Source: Eledone cirrhosa
Taxonomy: Eukaryota
Direction of reading: 5' to 3'
Length of the DNA stretch: 64,000 nt
Assembly: GCA_964016885.1 (NCBI GenBank)
Contig: OZ024743.1
Location: forward strand, 48,174,001-48,238,000
The position numbers were made by a program, and so were the translations under genes. Of this stretch, positions 27,351-41,248 are shown in pieces. How positions within the stretch are numbered: position 1 is the first letter of the stretch; each line of letters begins with the position of its first letter. Below the pieces are notes generated by a model, which ran no database searches, was not told where the DNA came from, and saw nothing but the letters and a program-made list of their open reading frames with translations.

Positions 27351-28588
27351 AATGAAACAAACATGTAGAAGACACTAATCTGCACCAATCTTCTCCTTAC
27401 TCCTCTCCCATTCACCCTCCCCAGTCGTAACACCCCCACCTACCAGCTAAATATCTCACTTATCTTGTCCATCTTGAACTTGCTTACCTCTAACCCTCAT
27501 TCTCCACCCCTGATACACATCCCCTGACCAATCCATTTATACAATCACAGAAAGTGGGACATGCTCCACATCTGATCTCCCACAATGCTGCTTCCATGAT
27601 AAAAAAGCCTAAGGTGATCATACTAGTGACATAAGAGGCCCCCAGTTCACCCTGTATAGTGGTTGTATTGATGACAAAAATAAAAAAGCACTCACTCCAC
27701 CCTGCATGATGGGGACATGAAAAACGTCACCCAGTCCAACCTGTAAGGTCATCGTGTTGGTGACGTGTGAAAAATGTGTTCAGTCCACCATGTAAAGTGG
27801 GTGTGCTGGTAACACGAAAAATAAACATCCAGTTCACTCTATAAGGTGGTCGTGCTGATGACATGACAAAAAGTGGCCAGTCCATCCTGAAAGGTGGTCG
27901 AGCTGGTATCATAATAAAAAGTATCCAGTCTACACAGTAACATGGTTGACATTATGAAGAACATCCAGCCATAGAAACCAAGCAGATCTCTATGAACAAG
28001 ATGTTGTCATCTGACCTGATTTGTCTCATAATGTGACAAGTGTGGAAAAATTGACATTAAATGATGATGGTAAGAGACTTCCTCAAGCATGTGGAGCACC
28101 ATCTAAAGGTGACTAAGGAAACCAACAGATCTTGAATCAAATTTAGCTGCATTTTATAGCAGGTTAAGCAGCCATGTTGAGTCTCCTTTGTTGACTGAAA
28201 TAATGGTAGACATTTTCATATTAAATGTATTTGTATTTCATGAGTTATTTCTTTCACTATATCTACTGTTAGAACTCTTTCTCTAGATAGTATAGAGACA
28301 GCTGCAGCAAACCTTTTCAGTAGCTTTTCATATATCAGTGTTCTTTCTCTCTTTGTTTTTCTTTATCTGATGTTATGTTATATACATACTTACACATGCA
28401 CCCACACCTACACCCACAAATATATATATATATATATATATTTATCCTCCTTCTCATCATCATCATTTTTAGGTCAGTTTTGTATGCAGGGAGAAGCCTT
28501 TTGTTGTCAACAGTGGGAGTAACTCTTTATTCTAGCTATTATGCTCTTAGAGTACCCCTCCCCTCCTCTGCTGCTAATTAGGTCACCT

Positions 28589-28950
28589 ATAATAATAATA
28601 ATAATGAAATTATTGTGTACAGTGCTCAAGTGCACTACAACTCATCAAAGGTGCATAGAATAATATACAAATGTCAGGGAAGTGAATAGTGTATGAATCA
28701 TGATATTCATGTGTGCATGTGTATGGAGGTGTAGTGTTGGCGAATCGCAGGAAGCATGGAGGTTTTAAAGGATGCAGTGTTTCGTCAGCTAACAACTGAT
28801 GCAGGTAGTTTGTTCCATTCTTCAGCAACTCTGAGCGTGAAAAAATGTTTCCGAAAGTCATGGGAGCTGTGCTGTTTTCTGACTTTGTGGGCATGCCCAC
28901 GTGTGTTAGACACATGGAAATCAAAAAGGTGCTCAGCGTTGTTGTTGGCT
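28589..28950 (-). mobile_element. CR1-clade LINE 3' end with (TTA)n tail; abuts an RTE fragment at ~28950-29250; second 3' UTR copy at ~40480-40670
   Basis: NTRGHAHKVRKQHSSHDFRKHFFTLRVAEEWNKLPASVV is the typical CR1 C-terminus (TRGH...FF..RV...WN.LP..VV). Confidence 0.85.
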
Positions 28951-29939
28951 CTGCATAGAGAAGTTCCCATAGACAGTCAGTCTTAAACTCCTTTGTTATG
29001 GTCTGGAGAACTATGATAAACAGCAGTGGGTTAAGAACTGAACCCTGATAAACTTCTACCTGTACCTTGAATTCCTCGCTAAACTCACTTCCTAATCTCA
29101 CTTTACTGACTGTTCCTCTATACATGGCTTGCACTGTTCTCACAAGTTATTCTTTTACACATAATTTTCTTAAGGACCACCAGATAACAGATTGAGGGAC
29201 TCTATCAAAGGTCTTTACTAGATCAAAAGCTAAATAGAACAGCTTATTCCTGGCCACTGTGCTACCATTGGTGTAATGGTAACACAGTGGCCTGGATAAC
29301 CAAAGATAATGTTTCAACTCCCATGTACATCAGTACTCATCATCATCATCATCACCATTTTACGTTCTTTCTTCCACGCTAGCATGGGTTAAACGGATTG
29401 TCCTGTTGTGGGCAGTGTCCAGTCTGCTGACCTTGTCTTGCTCATACGGAAACTGATTCTGGCTTGATTTCTACAGCTGGATGCCCTTCCTAACACCAAC
29501 TGCATTTACAGTGAGTGCTGGGTGCTCTTTGCTGTGGCACCTCCACGACCACTTTGCAGTGGGAGGGGGTGAGGGCATATTGTCTATATGCTTCAGCTTC
29601 GGCTTGTACCCATGAGAAGTTGGGTCTTCTGTATTACTGCAAGTAATGGTGGTAGTTAGTAGTAATGGTGGTAGTGGTAGTAATGGTGGTGGTAGTTGTG
29701 GTGGTAGTGGTAGTAATGGTGGTGCTGGTGGTGGTAGTGGCAGTGGTGGTGGTGGCGGTCGAAAGTGTAGTTGGTGGTGGTGTTTAGTGTAATAGTGGGG
29801 AGATCTATTGTTATTCATATCTAAAAGAAAACCTGCACCATTTTGTAAACTGCTGTTTCTAAACTACTGAACTTTCATTCTTACTGAACCAACTTTAACC
29901 TAGATTCTTCATTGATAAATCTGGAATTGGAGAGAAAGA

Positions 29940-30490
29940 ACAGTAGTAACAACAACAACAACAGTAACAACAACAACAGTAACAACAACAACAACAACAG
30001 TAACAACAACAACAGTAGTAACAACAACAACAGTAACAACAACAACAACAGTAACAACAACAACAGTAGTAACAACAAAAGCAGTAGTAACAACAACAAC
30101 AGTAACAACAACAGTAGTAACAACAACAACAGTAGTAACAACAAAAGCAGTAGTAACAACAACAACAGCAACAACAACAACAGCAGTAACAACAACAGTA
30201 GTAACAACAACAACAACAACAACAGTAACAACAACAACAACAGTAACAACAACAACAGTAACAACAACAGTAACAACAACAACAGTAACAACAACAACAA
30301 CGACAGTAACAACAACAGTAACAACAACAGTAACAACAACAGTAACAACAACAACAGTAACAACAACAGTAACAACAACAACAGTAACAACAACAGTAGT
30401 AACAACAACAACAGTAGTAACAACAACAGTAGTAACAACAACAACAATAATATCAACAACCACAGCAACAACAACAACAGAGCAGCAACA
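29940..30490. repeat. (AAC)n/AGT compound microsatellite
   Basis: Directly visible; it generates spurious poly-N, poly-L and poly-V ORFs. Confidence 0.95.
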
Positions 30491-31092
30491 ATGATAACAA
30501 CAAAAACAATAATAATAGTTTCTAATTTAGGCACAAGGCCAGCAATTTGGGGAGAGGGGGAAAGTCAATTAAATCAACCTCAGTATATTACTGATACTAT
30601 ATTTTATTGAGTCTGTAAGGATGAAAGGCAAAGCTAACCTCGACGGGATTTGAACTCAGAACGCAAAGGGCCGTAACTCTATGCCACAATGGTTTCTAAT
30701 TTAGCATAAGACTAGCAATTTTAAGGAGGGGGGAATTATATCAACTCCAGTGTATTACTGGTACTTTATTTGATCAATCCCATTAAGAAGAAAGGCCAAG
30801 TTGACATCGCTAGAATGTAAAGAGGCAGAATTCTGTCTGCCGGGGGTGGGGAGGCCACCAATATGATTGTCTGACTTGAAGTCAACTATGTCATCGTCTG
30901 CCATTGATATATGTGCCGGAGTATATATCTATTACTAAGCTTCTGTCTCATGTTCTAACAATTCTGCCAATAGTAACAATAATTCCTTCTATATGTTACA
31001 AGAGCAGTGTAAGAGGGTCATAACAAGGACAAATAATAAGAATACTTGGTTAGATACACAATGTTACTAAATATTATATTTTAAGTTTACAC

Positions 31093-31957
31093 CAGAGGTT
31101 CTCAAACTATTTTCGCTACCGCCCTTCTCACAGCCACATAATATCCTCAGCTCCCCCCACCCCTATTTCCAGAGGCACCTGTCTACACGCAAATTGTAAA
31201 TAATATATAATAAATAAAATCGTTAATTTATATATAATAAATAATATAATATATACTATGTATAAATAAATATTATATATATTTTTATTTTACTATATTC
31301 ATATAGTATGGAAGAAGTTTAGGGAGCTGCTTCCTCTGTTGACAAAGAAGGGTTTCTCCCTGCGTACCAAAGGCCGGTTATATGATGCCTGTGTGAGATG
31401 CGTGATGCTGCATGGTAGTGAGACATGGGCAGCAACTGCAGAGGATATGCGACGGCTGGAGAGAAATGAAGCAAGCATGCTCCGTTGGATGTGCAATGTC
31501 AATGTGCATGAACGACCAAGTATAGATGAGTTGAGAGAGAAACTGGGTATAAGAGGGATAAGTTGTAGTGTGCAGGAGAGAAGGCTGCGATGGTATAGAC
31601 ATGTGATGTGCATGGAGGATGACCGCTGGGTAAAGAAGTGCCAAGAAATGCCAGTAGAAAGGAAGACACAGTAGATGTAGACCACGAAAAACATGGGCGG
31701 AGGTGGTGAGAACAGACCTCAGATCGCTGAAGCTCGTGGAGGAGATGACGAAGGACTGTGACAAGTGGAGAAATGGTGTGCTGAATAGGACCCGTCCCAC
31801 TCTTGCAAGCAGGGAAAGCAAGACGTAAAATGATGATGATGATGAATATGTATCATTTGATATTTAATATACTATTATATCATCTCTACCCCCCCCCCCC
31901 CCATCCCGACCTTCTCAGTGGCCCCAAGGAGTGGTGTGCCCACTTCGAGAACTTTAG
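31093..31957. mobile_element. hAT-type non-autonomous DNA transposon containing a nested RTE fragment
   Basis: 8-bp direct repeat GTTTACAC at 31085-31092 and 31958-31965; imperfect termini CAGAGGTTCTCAAA ... TTCGAGAACTTTAG. Confidence 0.7.
31305..31845 (+). mobile_element. 3' fragment of a second RTE family (very short 3' UTR); other copies at 21706-21930(-), 39360-39660(-), 56781-57135(-)
   Basis: KGRLYDAC..MLHGSETW...RRLRWY.HV...GRPRKTW...LNRTRPTLASREKRT* followed directly by (ATG)n. Confidence 0.85.
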
Positions 31958-32950
31958 GTTTACACAGTGGCAGAATGGTTGTTCCGTTGGTGATATAGTT
32001 AAAGGTTTTTATTTGTTTATGACAGACCATGGGAAGTATTGAGTACTCCTTACAGTTGGTAATGAAAAAGAGCTAGTGAGACAAGTACTAAAAAAAAAAA
32101 ATTAAAAAGGGAAAAAAATTAAATTAAATTAAATTTTTTAAAATATAAATAAAATGTTCAATATTGAAGGGAGGCAGATTATGTGATAAGAAAATGAAAA
32201 CAAAAAAGAAAATATAAAAGAATGGAAGCTGTAAAACAGAAGTTTCTGTTGAATCTTTTCCTAGCTTCCATGTACTCAAAGATTTTGTTTATATTTTGTA
32301 GACCGTTACATGTAATGGTAACGACACAAACCAGCCATTGAGGGTTACTTCACCAGCCCACCCTGTTTGTGTGTATGTAATGGTAACAGCACAAACAAGC
32401 CATCAAAGGTTGTTCACCAGCCCACCCTGTTTGTCCACTCTGCCTCTTCAATGTATAGAATCCTTGGTATGTATTGACTCAATGTCCCCGCAGACAGAAT
32501 AGAGAAAGTGTTACCTTGGAGGATAGTAAGGAAGATGCATTTAAAGAACTATTCCAACTTTCAGGTGGCAAACCCTGTTCTAATAGCAGTGAGTAGGGAG
32601 AGGATTCAGGGAAACCAGAACACCAGACGTTTCCACCACTATAGGTTCACTGATAAAACCTATCAACAGTTTACAATCTTCAATTTGTTGGGAAACAAAA
32701 CCTGGTTCTATCACTGAATTCACCATGTTGCTGCATGTCACATCTCAGCTAAAGGGCTTACAATCATGAAATGAAAAAGTTGTGATGTCTTTTACTGTCC
32801 TTTTTTGTCTAACCCAATTGTTAGATACCCTTTCTACCAACAATTACTGATATATTTCTTGTTGAAGATTATTGAATGTTGAAACTAAATTTCTCCAAGA
32901 TATTTTCTATACATTTTTCATAAAGAATATATATATATATATGTTTGTAG

Positions 32951-33022
<72 letters not shown>

Positions 33023-35035
33023 ATGTGTATCTGTATGTGTGTATCTGTATGTGTGTATCTTTATGCCTTTATGTGTATATTGTCATCATCATTGTTTCTA
33101 TAACCATTTTCTATGTTTCCATGGTTTAACCCTTTAGCATTTAAACTGACCATATCCGGCCAGAATTCTCTCACCTTTTTCTGTTCAAACCAGCTGTAAC
33201 CGGCCACTCATACTGATGTTAAGGTATTGTTCTCAAAATAAATAATATCAAAATCTCATAGATTCAATATTATGTGAGATAATGATGTGAGGTAAAGCCT
33301 TTACTGTGAAAATATAATAGTATCATCATCATCATCATCATCATCATCGTTTAACGTCCATCTTCCACGCTAGCATGGGTTAGACGGGAGTTGTCCCACT
33401 TGAGGCAAGGTTGGTCTGGTGACTGTGTCTCGCTCATATAGGACTATCTGGCAGGTTTTCTACGGCTGGATGCCCTTCCTAACACCAACCACATTTACAG
33501 TGTGGAACTGGGAACTTTTTACCGTGTTACCTACACGGCCACATTACAGCGTGGACTGTGTTTTTTGTCGTGAGACCTACACGATCTCGATCTCATTATC
33601 TCGTGATGTTAGTGGGAGTGGGAGGATAGGGTAGGGGTAGTGGATTGGGGTGTATATTTGGTTAAGAGGAGCCTACTGACTGTAGGTTTCGCTTTGTACA
33701 TAGGCAAGGCGGGTCTTCTGTATTACTGCGTATATAGAGTAATGTGAATTACTGTGAAAATATAATAGTATATATAGAGTAATGTTAATGCTAAGGGTTA
33801 ACTCCAGATCTTCTCCAGTACAACATCTCTACACATATTGTTTTCTTTGTTATTGCTTTTGTGAAATTCAGTTTCTTCAGATAAGCTTTCATCAGCTCTG
33901 CCCACAGCTCTCTTGGTCTTTCTCTTCCTACACTGTCCTTTACTTGAAATCCCTTCATCCAATGACCATCATCCATGCACATTACATGTCCATACCAATC
34001 TCCTGCGCATCACATGTGATTCCTCCCAACTTCTCAGTGCTTCATCATTCAAGTACACAAACATTACATATCCAGTTGAGTTTGCTTGATGTTGATGATG
34101 AGGATGGTGGTGGTGGTGGTGGTGGTGGTGGTGGTGATGGTGGTGGTGGTGGTGGTGGTGGTGGTGGTGGTGGTGGTGGTGGTGAAGGTAGTAATGGTAG
34201 TGGTGGGTGGGTGGGTGGGTGGGGTAGTGGTAGTGGTAGTGGGGGGGGGGGGGGGGGGGTGAAGGTGGTAGTGGTAGTGGTGGTGGTGGTGGTAGTAGTG
34301 GTGTTGGTGATGGTGGATGCGGGGTGGCAGCGGTGGTAGCAGTGGTGGTGGTGGTGGTGGCAGAATTGGTAGCAGTGGTGGTGGTACTGCTGCTGCTGCT
34401 GCTGGTGTGGTGGTGGTGGTGCTGCTGCTGGTAGTGGTGGTGTGGTGGTAGTGGTGGTGGTGGTGGTGCTGGTCGGGGTGTTGTTGTTGTTGTTGGTGGT
34501 GGTGGTAGTGGTGGTGGCAGCAGTGGTGGTGGTGATATTGATGATGATGATGATGATGATGGGAACATGGTGATGATAATGATATTAGTGATGAGATTGA
34601 TGATGATGAGAATAAGGATGATGAATCTTGACCAGCTCACCTTCTCTCCAGCCAGCAATACCACCCATTGCTAGCGAACAATTGACATTAAACCCTACAA
34701 ATAGCAGAAGTTGTTTTTTGACCTTTCCCTCCCAATTACTTTCCAATAAATATTTAACATGGACCAATGAATTTCAAACTATTTTATTAGATCAATAAAG
34801 TCTGTCTTGATAACATAGCAAGATATCACATAAGATGAAACTAAAGTAATATTTCCAAGTCACTTCATAGTAATCAGTGTTTGATATTTAGCATTTTTAA
34901 GCAGTCAGCCATGTCATAGAACATTAGAGGGCAACATAAATTCACAGAAATAATAAATACATACATATATACCTACATATACATACATACATATATATAC
35001 ATACATATACATACATACATACATACATACATACA

Positions 35036-35069
<34 letters not shown>

Positions 35070-35098
35070 CATACATACATAACTAGTTAGGAAATTAC

Positions 35099-35715
35099 AA
35101 GTACAATCCATTAATGGAACAGTAAATATATGTAAAACATTCCAAAAATTTTGCATCTAATAACTGCATATACACATGTACAGATACAAAGCATATACAC
35201 ATGCACGCATACAACTCAAAACATCCACATCCACACATACAATAACATCCATATCTACACATACATGCAGACATGCATACATATCCACCTAGTTGTGGTT
35301 GTGTAAATTCCAATGAGAGAGTCTTGTGTCTATGTTAGAAACCGACTCTATTTCTATTGGTAAAAATTTGTGAAATTATAAAACCAGAAGAACATACATA
35401 CATACATACAAAGTACAATCCATTAATGGAACAGTAAAAATATGTAAAACATTCCAAAAATATTGCATCTAATAACTGCATATACACATGTACAGATACA
35501 AAGCATATACACATGCACACATACAACTCAAAACATCCACATCCACACATACAATAACATCCATAGATCTACATATGCATGCATACATACATATCTACCT
35601 AGTTGATGTTGTGTAAATTCCAATGAGAGAGTCTTGTGTCTATGTTAGAAACCGACTCTCTCTCTATTGGTAAAACTTTGTGAAATTATAAAACCAGAAG
35701 AACATACATACATAC
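35099..35715. repeat. ~310-bp local tandem duplication
   Basis: AAGTACAATCCATTAATGGAACAG...ACCAGAAGAACATACATAC occurs at ~35099-35410 and ~35411-35715. Confidence 0.9.
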
Positions 35716-35755
35716 ATATATACATACATACATACATACATATATACATACATAT

Positions 35756-37825
35756 ATGGTGGCTGCCAACTCGTTTTCGAGTACGGCCACTACTTTATAT
35801 CCATGTAGGAGAACTCCTACCGATGCGCTGAACGAGTGTGACTTTTTAGTCCAGCCAGCGACTTGAAAACTCTGGTACTAACACTACACTTGTGACAATT
35901 ATTGACACATAATGCTGGACCCATGGTACCATGTGACGACAAGTGCAGAGAGATCTCCAGATATAAAGCAATGCCTGTGTCATGAAGCTTTTATAATGAG
36001 CAAAGGCACTGCACAAAGCCAGTCCCACTCTCTTAACCAAGATGATATTTACCAAAAAGAAGAACAAGTCAACATCATTGGATACCATCAGGGTTGCAGG
36101 TGTTATATCAGAGTTTTCCTTCTCCTAGAATTCTGCCTTGACAAAAGCTAAGGGGTCATCTCTCCCGGTGATTTTGGATGGCCATTGACTCTTAAGAGCT
36201 CCTTTGGCCTTTGACATACATATATACATACATGGTGGCTGCCAACTCGTTTTCGAGTATGGCCACTACTTTATATCCATGTAGGAGAACCTCTACCGAT
36301 ATGCTGAACGAGTGTGACTTTTTAGTCCAGCCAGCGACTTGAAAACTCTGGTACAAACACTACACTTGTGACAATTATTGACACATAGTGCTGGGCCCAT
36401 GGTAACATGTGACGACAAGTGCAGAGAGATCTCCAGATATAAAGCAATGCCTGTGCCGTGAAGCTTTTATAGTGAGCAAAGGCACTGCACAAAGCCAGTC
36501 CCACTCTCTTAACCAAGATGATATTTACCAAAAAGAAGAACAAGTCAACATCATTGGATACCATCAGGGTTGCAGGTGTTATATCAGAGTTTTCCTTCTC
36601 CTAGAATTCTGCCTTGACAAAGGCTAAGGGGTCATTTCTCCCGGTGATTTTGGATGGCCATTAACTCTTAAGAGCTCCTTTGCCCTTTGACAGGTTTTGT
36701 TTTTAGTCCTGCAGGATGTCCAAAGTCACCCTCCTCACCAAGAAACCTTGGTGGGGTTGCCAGTTTAGTCGCCAACGACCCGACCATGAGACAGGTTGTA
36801 CTGGGATACATGTTACCAGTAGCACCAACTGGTGACCTGACAAAACTCGTGACCATACATACATACATGGTGGCTGCCAACTCGTTTTCGAGTACGGCCA
36901 CTACTTTATATCCATGTAGGAAAACCCCTAACGAGCGTGACTTTTTAGTCCAGCCAGCGACTTGAAAACTCTGGCATAAACACTACACCTGTGACAACTA
37001 TTGACACATAGTGCTGGGCCCATGGTACCATGTGACGACAAGTGGAGAGAGATCTCCAGATACAAAGCAATGCCTGTGCCGTGAACATATATATATACAT
37101 ACATACATACACATATACATACATACATCCACATATACATACATACATACATATATAGATACACATATACACACATACATACATACATACATACATACAT
37201 ACATGGTGGCTGCCAACTCATTTTCGAGTACGGCCCCTACTTTATATCCATGTAGGAGAACCCCTACCGATGCGCTGAACGAGTGTGATTTTTTAGTCCA
37301 GCCAGCGACTTGAAAACTCTGGTACAAACACTACACTTGTGACAATTATTGACACATAGTGCTGGGCCCATGGTACCATGTGACGACAAGTGCAGAGAGA
37401 TCTCCAGATATAAAGCAATGCCTGTGCCGTGAAGCTTTTATAGTGAGCAAAGGCACTGCACAAAGCCAGTCCCACTCTCTTAACCAAGATGATATTTACC
37501 AAAAAGAAGAACAAGTCAACATCATTGGATACCATCAGGGTTGCAGGTGTTATATCAGAGTTTTCCTTCTCCTAGAATTCTGCCTTGACAAAGGCTAAGG
37601 GGTCATTTCTCCCGGTGATTTTGGATGGCCATTGACTCTTAAGAGCTCCTTTGCCCTTTGACAGGTTTTGTTTTTAGTCCTGCAGGATGTCCAAAGTCAC
37701 CCTCCTCACCAAGAAACCTTGGTGGGGTTGCCAGTTTAGTCGCCAACGACCCGACCATGAGACAGGTTGTACTGGGATACATGTTACCAGTAGCACCAAC
37801 TGGTGACCTGACACAACTCGTGACC
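35756..37825 (-). mobile_element. Tandem array of four copies of a ~625-bp non-autonomous RTE-derived element separated by (TACA)n; further copies at 41943-42503 and diverged 37861-38160
   Basis: Copies at 35756-36213, 36231-36854, 36866-37086 and 37202-37825 all share the left (3') end next to the microsatellite and are variably truncated at the right (5') end. They contain an RTE 5'-UTR-like CTAGGAGAAGGAAAACTCTG motif. Confidence 0.8.
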
Positions 37826-38254
37826 ATACATACATACATACATACATACATACATACATACATGATGGCTGCAAACTCTGCTAAGAGTATTGCAATTGCT
37901 TGTCAGATTATAGAGTTTGGTGCACTTTTAGGCTACGGCCAGCCACACGAACCTGTAACATATTCTGAAGAAGCAATGTCTGTGCTTTGAAGGTTTTAAG
38001 TGGGGAAAGGTCTTGCACACGACTAATCCCACTCTCTGAACATTGAAAACCCTACTCGAAAAGGAGAACTGGTCAACATCATCAGATGCTTCTGAAGTTG
38101 CAGGTTTTTTTTTCAGAGTTTCCCTCTCCTAGAAAGGTGTTGTGACAACAACTGGGGGGCCTTCACTCACACACATACATACATACACACATACATATGT
38201 ATACATATACATACATACATACATGCATACATACATGCATACATACATATACAT

Positions 38255-38702
38255 AAAAACTGCCACCAAATTAAAGCACAACCGGCCTGATATTGTAGTT
38301 TGGGACCACACATTGAAAACGTGTTCTGTTGTGGAGATCAGCTGCCCACTTGATGTAAACGTTGTCAGAAAAATACAGGAGAAGGCGGACATCTACGGAC
38401 CATTGATGAGGAGTTTACAAATCCAGTATCCAAGATACACCTTTAGCTTCATACCTATCATTATTGGTGCTACGGGTTATATACCAACCCGCTTGGACCA
38501 AAGTATGACTGAACTTGGATTTGCGGACAAAAAGCGCAGCTCCCTAATTCATAGTCTACAAATGGCTGCGATAGCTGGCACCTTCAAAATTTGCAAAACA
38601 TTCTTGCGATTCAAGGGATGACAATTTCTTTTCTTTTACAACCTTGCCACCAGGAAAGTGGCCGGTCAAAAAAATATACTCGAAATTAAGAGAAAGAGAA
38701 AA
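38255..38702 (+). mobile_element. 3' end of an RLE-type (R4/Dong-like) non-LTR retrotransposon inside a (CATA)n tract
   Basis: HNRPDIVVWD...VVEISCP...EK..IY..L...IPIIIGATGYIP is a restriction-like PD-(D/E)xK endonuclease; flanked on both sides by CATA repeats. Confidence 0.85.
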
Positions 38703-38771
38703 CATACATACATACACATACATACATATACACATGCATACTTATATGCATACATACATACATATGTATGT

Positions 38772-38809
<38 letters not shown>

Positions 38810-39038
38810 ATGTAATAACAAAAATACCAAAACAAACAGCACAGTACATGGAAGAAATATATTAGTTTAATGCTTGAAATACCAGGAAGAGAGTCTTAAC
38901 GTTTCGGACACTAGTCCTTCATCAGAAGATAGAGCTAGAAATAGAATATAAATAGAAAGTAAAGAGTGATGAGAGGAAGGAACAGGGAAATGTGAAAAAA
39001 ATTGGGGATAAAAAAACATACACATGTGTATTCAGTCG

Positions 39039-39110
<72 letters not shown>

Positions 39111-39663
39111 TTGTCATTTTAAATGTCTGCTATCCCTGCTAGTGAAAGTTGGACAGGTCCATAGAGACCAAGTCCATACCGAAGCGGAGCCACTGATCTC
39201 CCAGGCAAGCCAGGGATCTGTGCACTTTTATACAGTCTCATGTTCCATCAAGTGATCAGGAGAAGTTGTCAACCCTTTGTTTGGCAAGATTCTATTGCTG
39301 GATGCCCTTCCTATATTTGCAAATATCAGGAATGTGTGGGTGGGGTATAGTATATATATCATCATTATCATTTTACGTCCGCTTTTCCCTGCTTGCAAGG
39401 GTGGGACGGGTCCTATTCAGCACAGCATCACTCCACTTGTCACAGTCCTTCGTCATCTCCTCTGTGAGCTTCAGCAATCTGAGGTCTGCTCTCACCACTT
39501 CCGCCCATGTTTTTCGTGGTCTTCCTCTACTGCGTCTTCCTTCTACTGGCATTTCTTGGCACCTCATTACCCAGCGGTCATCTTCCATGCACATCAGATG
39601 TCCATACCATCAGTCTTCTCTCCCGCACACTACAACTTATCCATCTTATACACAGTTTCTCTC

Positions 39664-39698
<35 letters not shown>

Positions 39699-41104
39699 TA
39701 TATATGTATATGTAGCTGCCATTGCTCTCCCAGCCACAATGCAAATTCTGTCATGCTCACAGCTCCTCTCCCTCTCTCATCACTGCTTAGTGGAGGCCAT
39801 ATTAATCTCCCTAGTATTCAAGTCGCAATAAAATGCACCCACTACACTCTGTATGTGGTAGTGCAGGTGCTATGATAAAATGCAACCAGGCTGCTCTGTA
39901 AAATGCACACACTCCTCTCTGTAAAGTAGTAGAGTGGGTGCCATGATAAAATGTATCCAGTCTACTTTATAAAATGAGAGTGCTGTTCTTATTAAAAATG
40001 CACTCAATCCACTCTGTAAAGTTGTTGGCATTAAAAAGAGCATACAGCCATAGAAACCCTATAGAATATGAACATAAGGTAGTCATCTAGTCTGAGACCG
40101 TGACAACCTGTCCAACCCATGCCAGCATGGAAAATGTATGTAAAAGGATGATGATGATTAATTTGTATGACGAAGCATATATATGTATATGTAGTATATG
40201 TAGTATATATATATATGTATGTATTTGTATGATGTAGTATATGTCTGATGACATAATTAAACAAATAATAAATATTTATATTAGAACACAGCATATATTT
40301 GAAGATTTTAAGGCAAATATAGCTAGCTACCTTTTGTGAATTAGAAGGGTTATCTGTGAGAAGAATGTGTGATGTGTAAATCTTTTCAATTATTCCTCTG
40401 TAGACAGAAATACACAAGACTATCCTGTTGCCTTTCAGACATTATTGTGTCCTCATCAGAGGATCATAAACTACCTTTATAATAATAATGAAATTATTGT
40501 GTACAGTGCTCAGGTGTACTCATCAAAGGTGCATATATAGTACATAGAATAATATACAAATGTCAGGGAAGGGAATAGTGTATGAGTCATGATATACATG
40601 TGTGCGTGTGTAAGGAGGGTGAATATTAAGTGTAGTGTTGGCGCATCTCAGGAAGCATGGAGGTTTTAGAACAATATTACTCTAGCAACACAATATTTTA
40701 TGTATCAAGTCATATTTGAAAGTTGAATAGTTTGATTTGTTAATCTCCATCAGTCCTCTCATAAAAAAACTGAAGTATGAAAGACTTCAAAGATTTTGTA
40801 AGCAAACTATAATCTTGTTAAAAGCTTATTTATATACACTACAAGTTTAATAGTATTAATTAGTGATAGTATTAACACAGTGTGATTCAGAATAAAAGCG
40901 TATATCAACCCATGGACAATATGTGGACATATAATAAAACATACATTAGACAGATTAGTGTATAAAAAATACACATCATTTTATGTCTTCTTCATACTGG
41001 CACAAATTCATATATATACATATACACAAACACACACACACATACATACACACATACATACATACATACATACATACATACATACATACATACATACATA
41101 CATA

Positions 41105-41183
41105 CATGATGGCTGCCCCCTCGTTATCAGTATGGCCATTGCACGAGAAAAAAAAAAATATATATATATATATATACACACAC

Positions 41184-41248
<65 letters not shown>

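Noticed and set aside
35846-36151. Recurrent 79-80 aa ORFs as a multigene family
   Set aside because: They are frames within the repeated non-autonomous retroposon, with no exon structure.
37700-37825. HDV-like ribozyme fold at the 5' end of the bipartite element
   Set aside because: P1, P2 and P3 could not be placed with the required adjacency; kept only as an unclassified structured leader.
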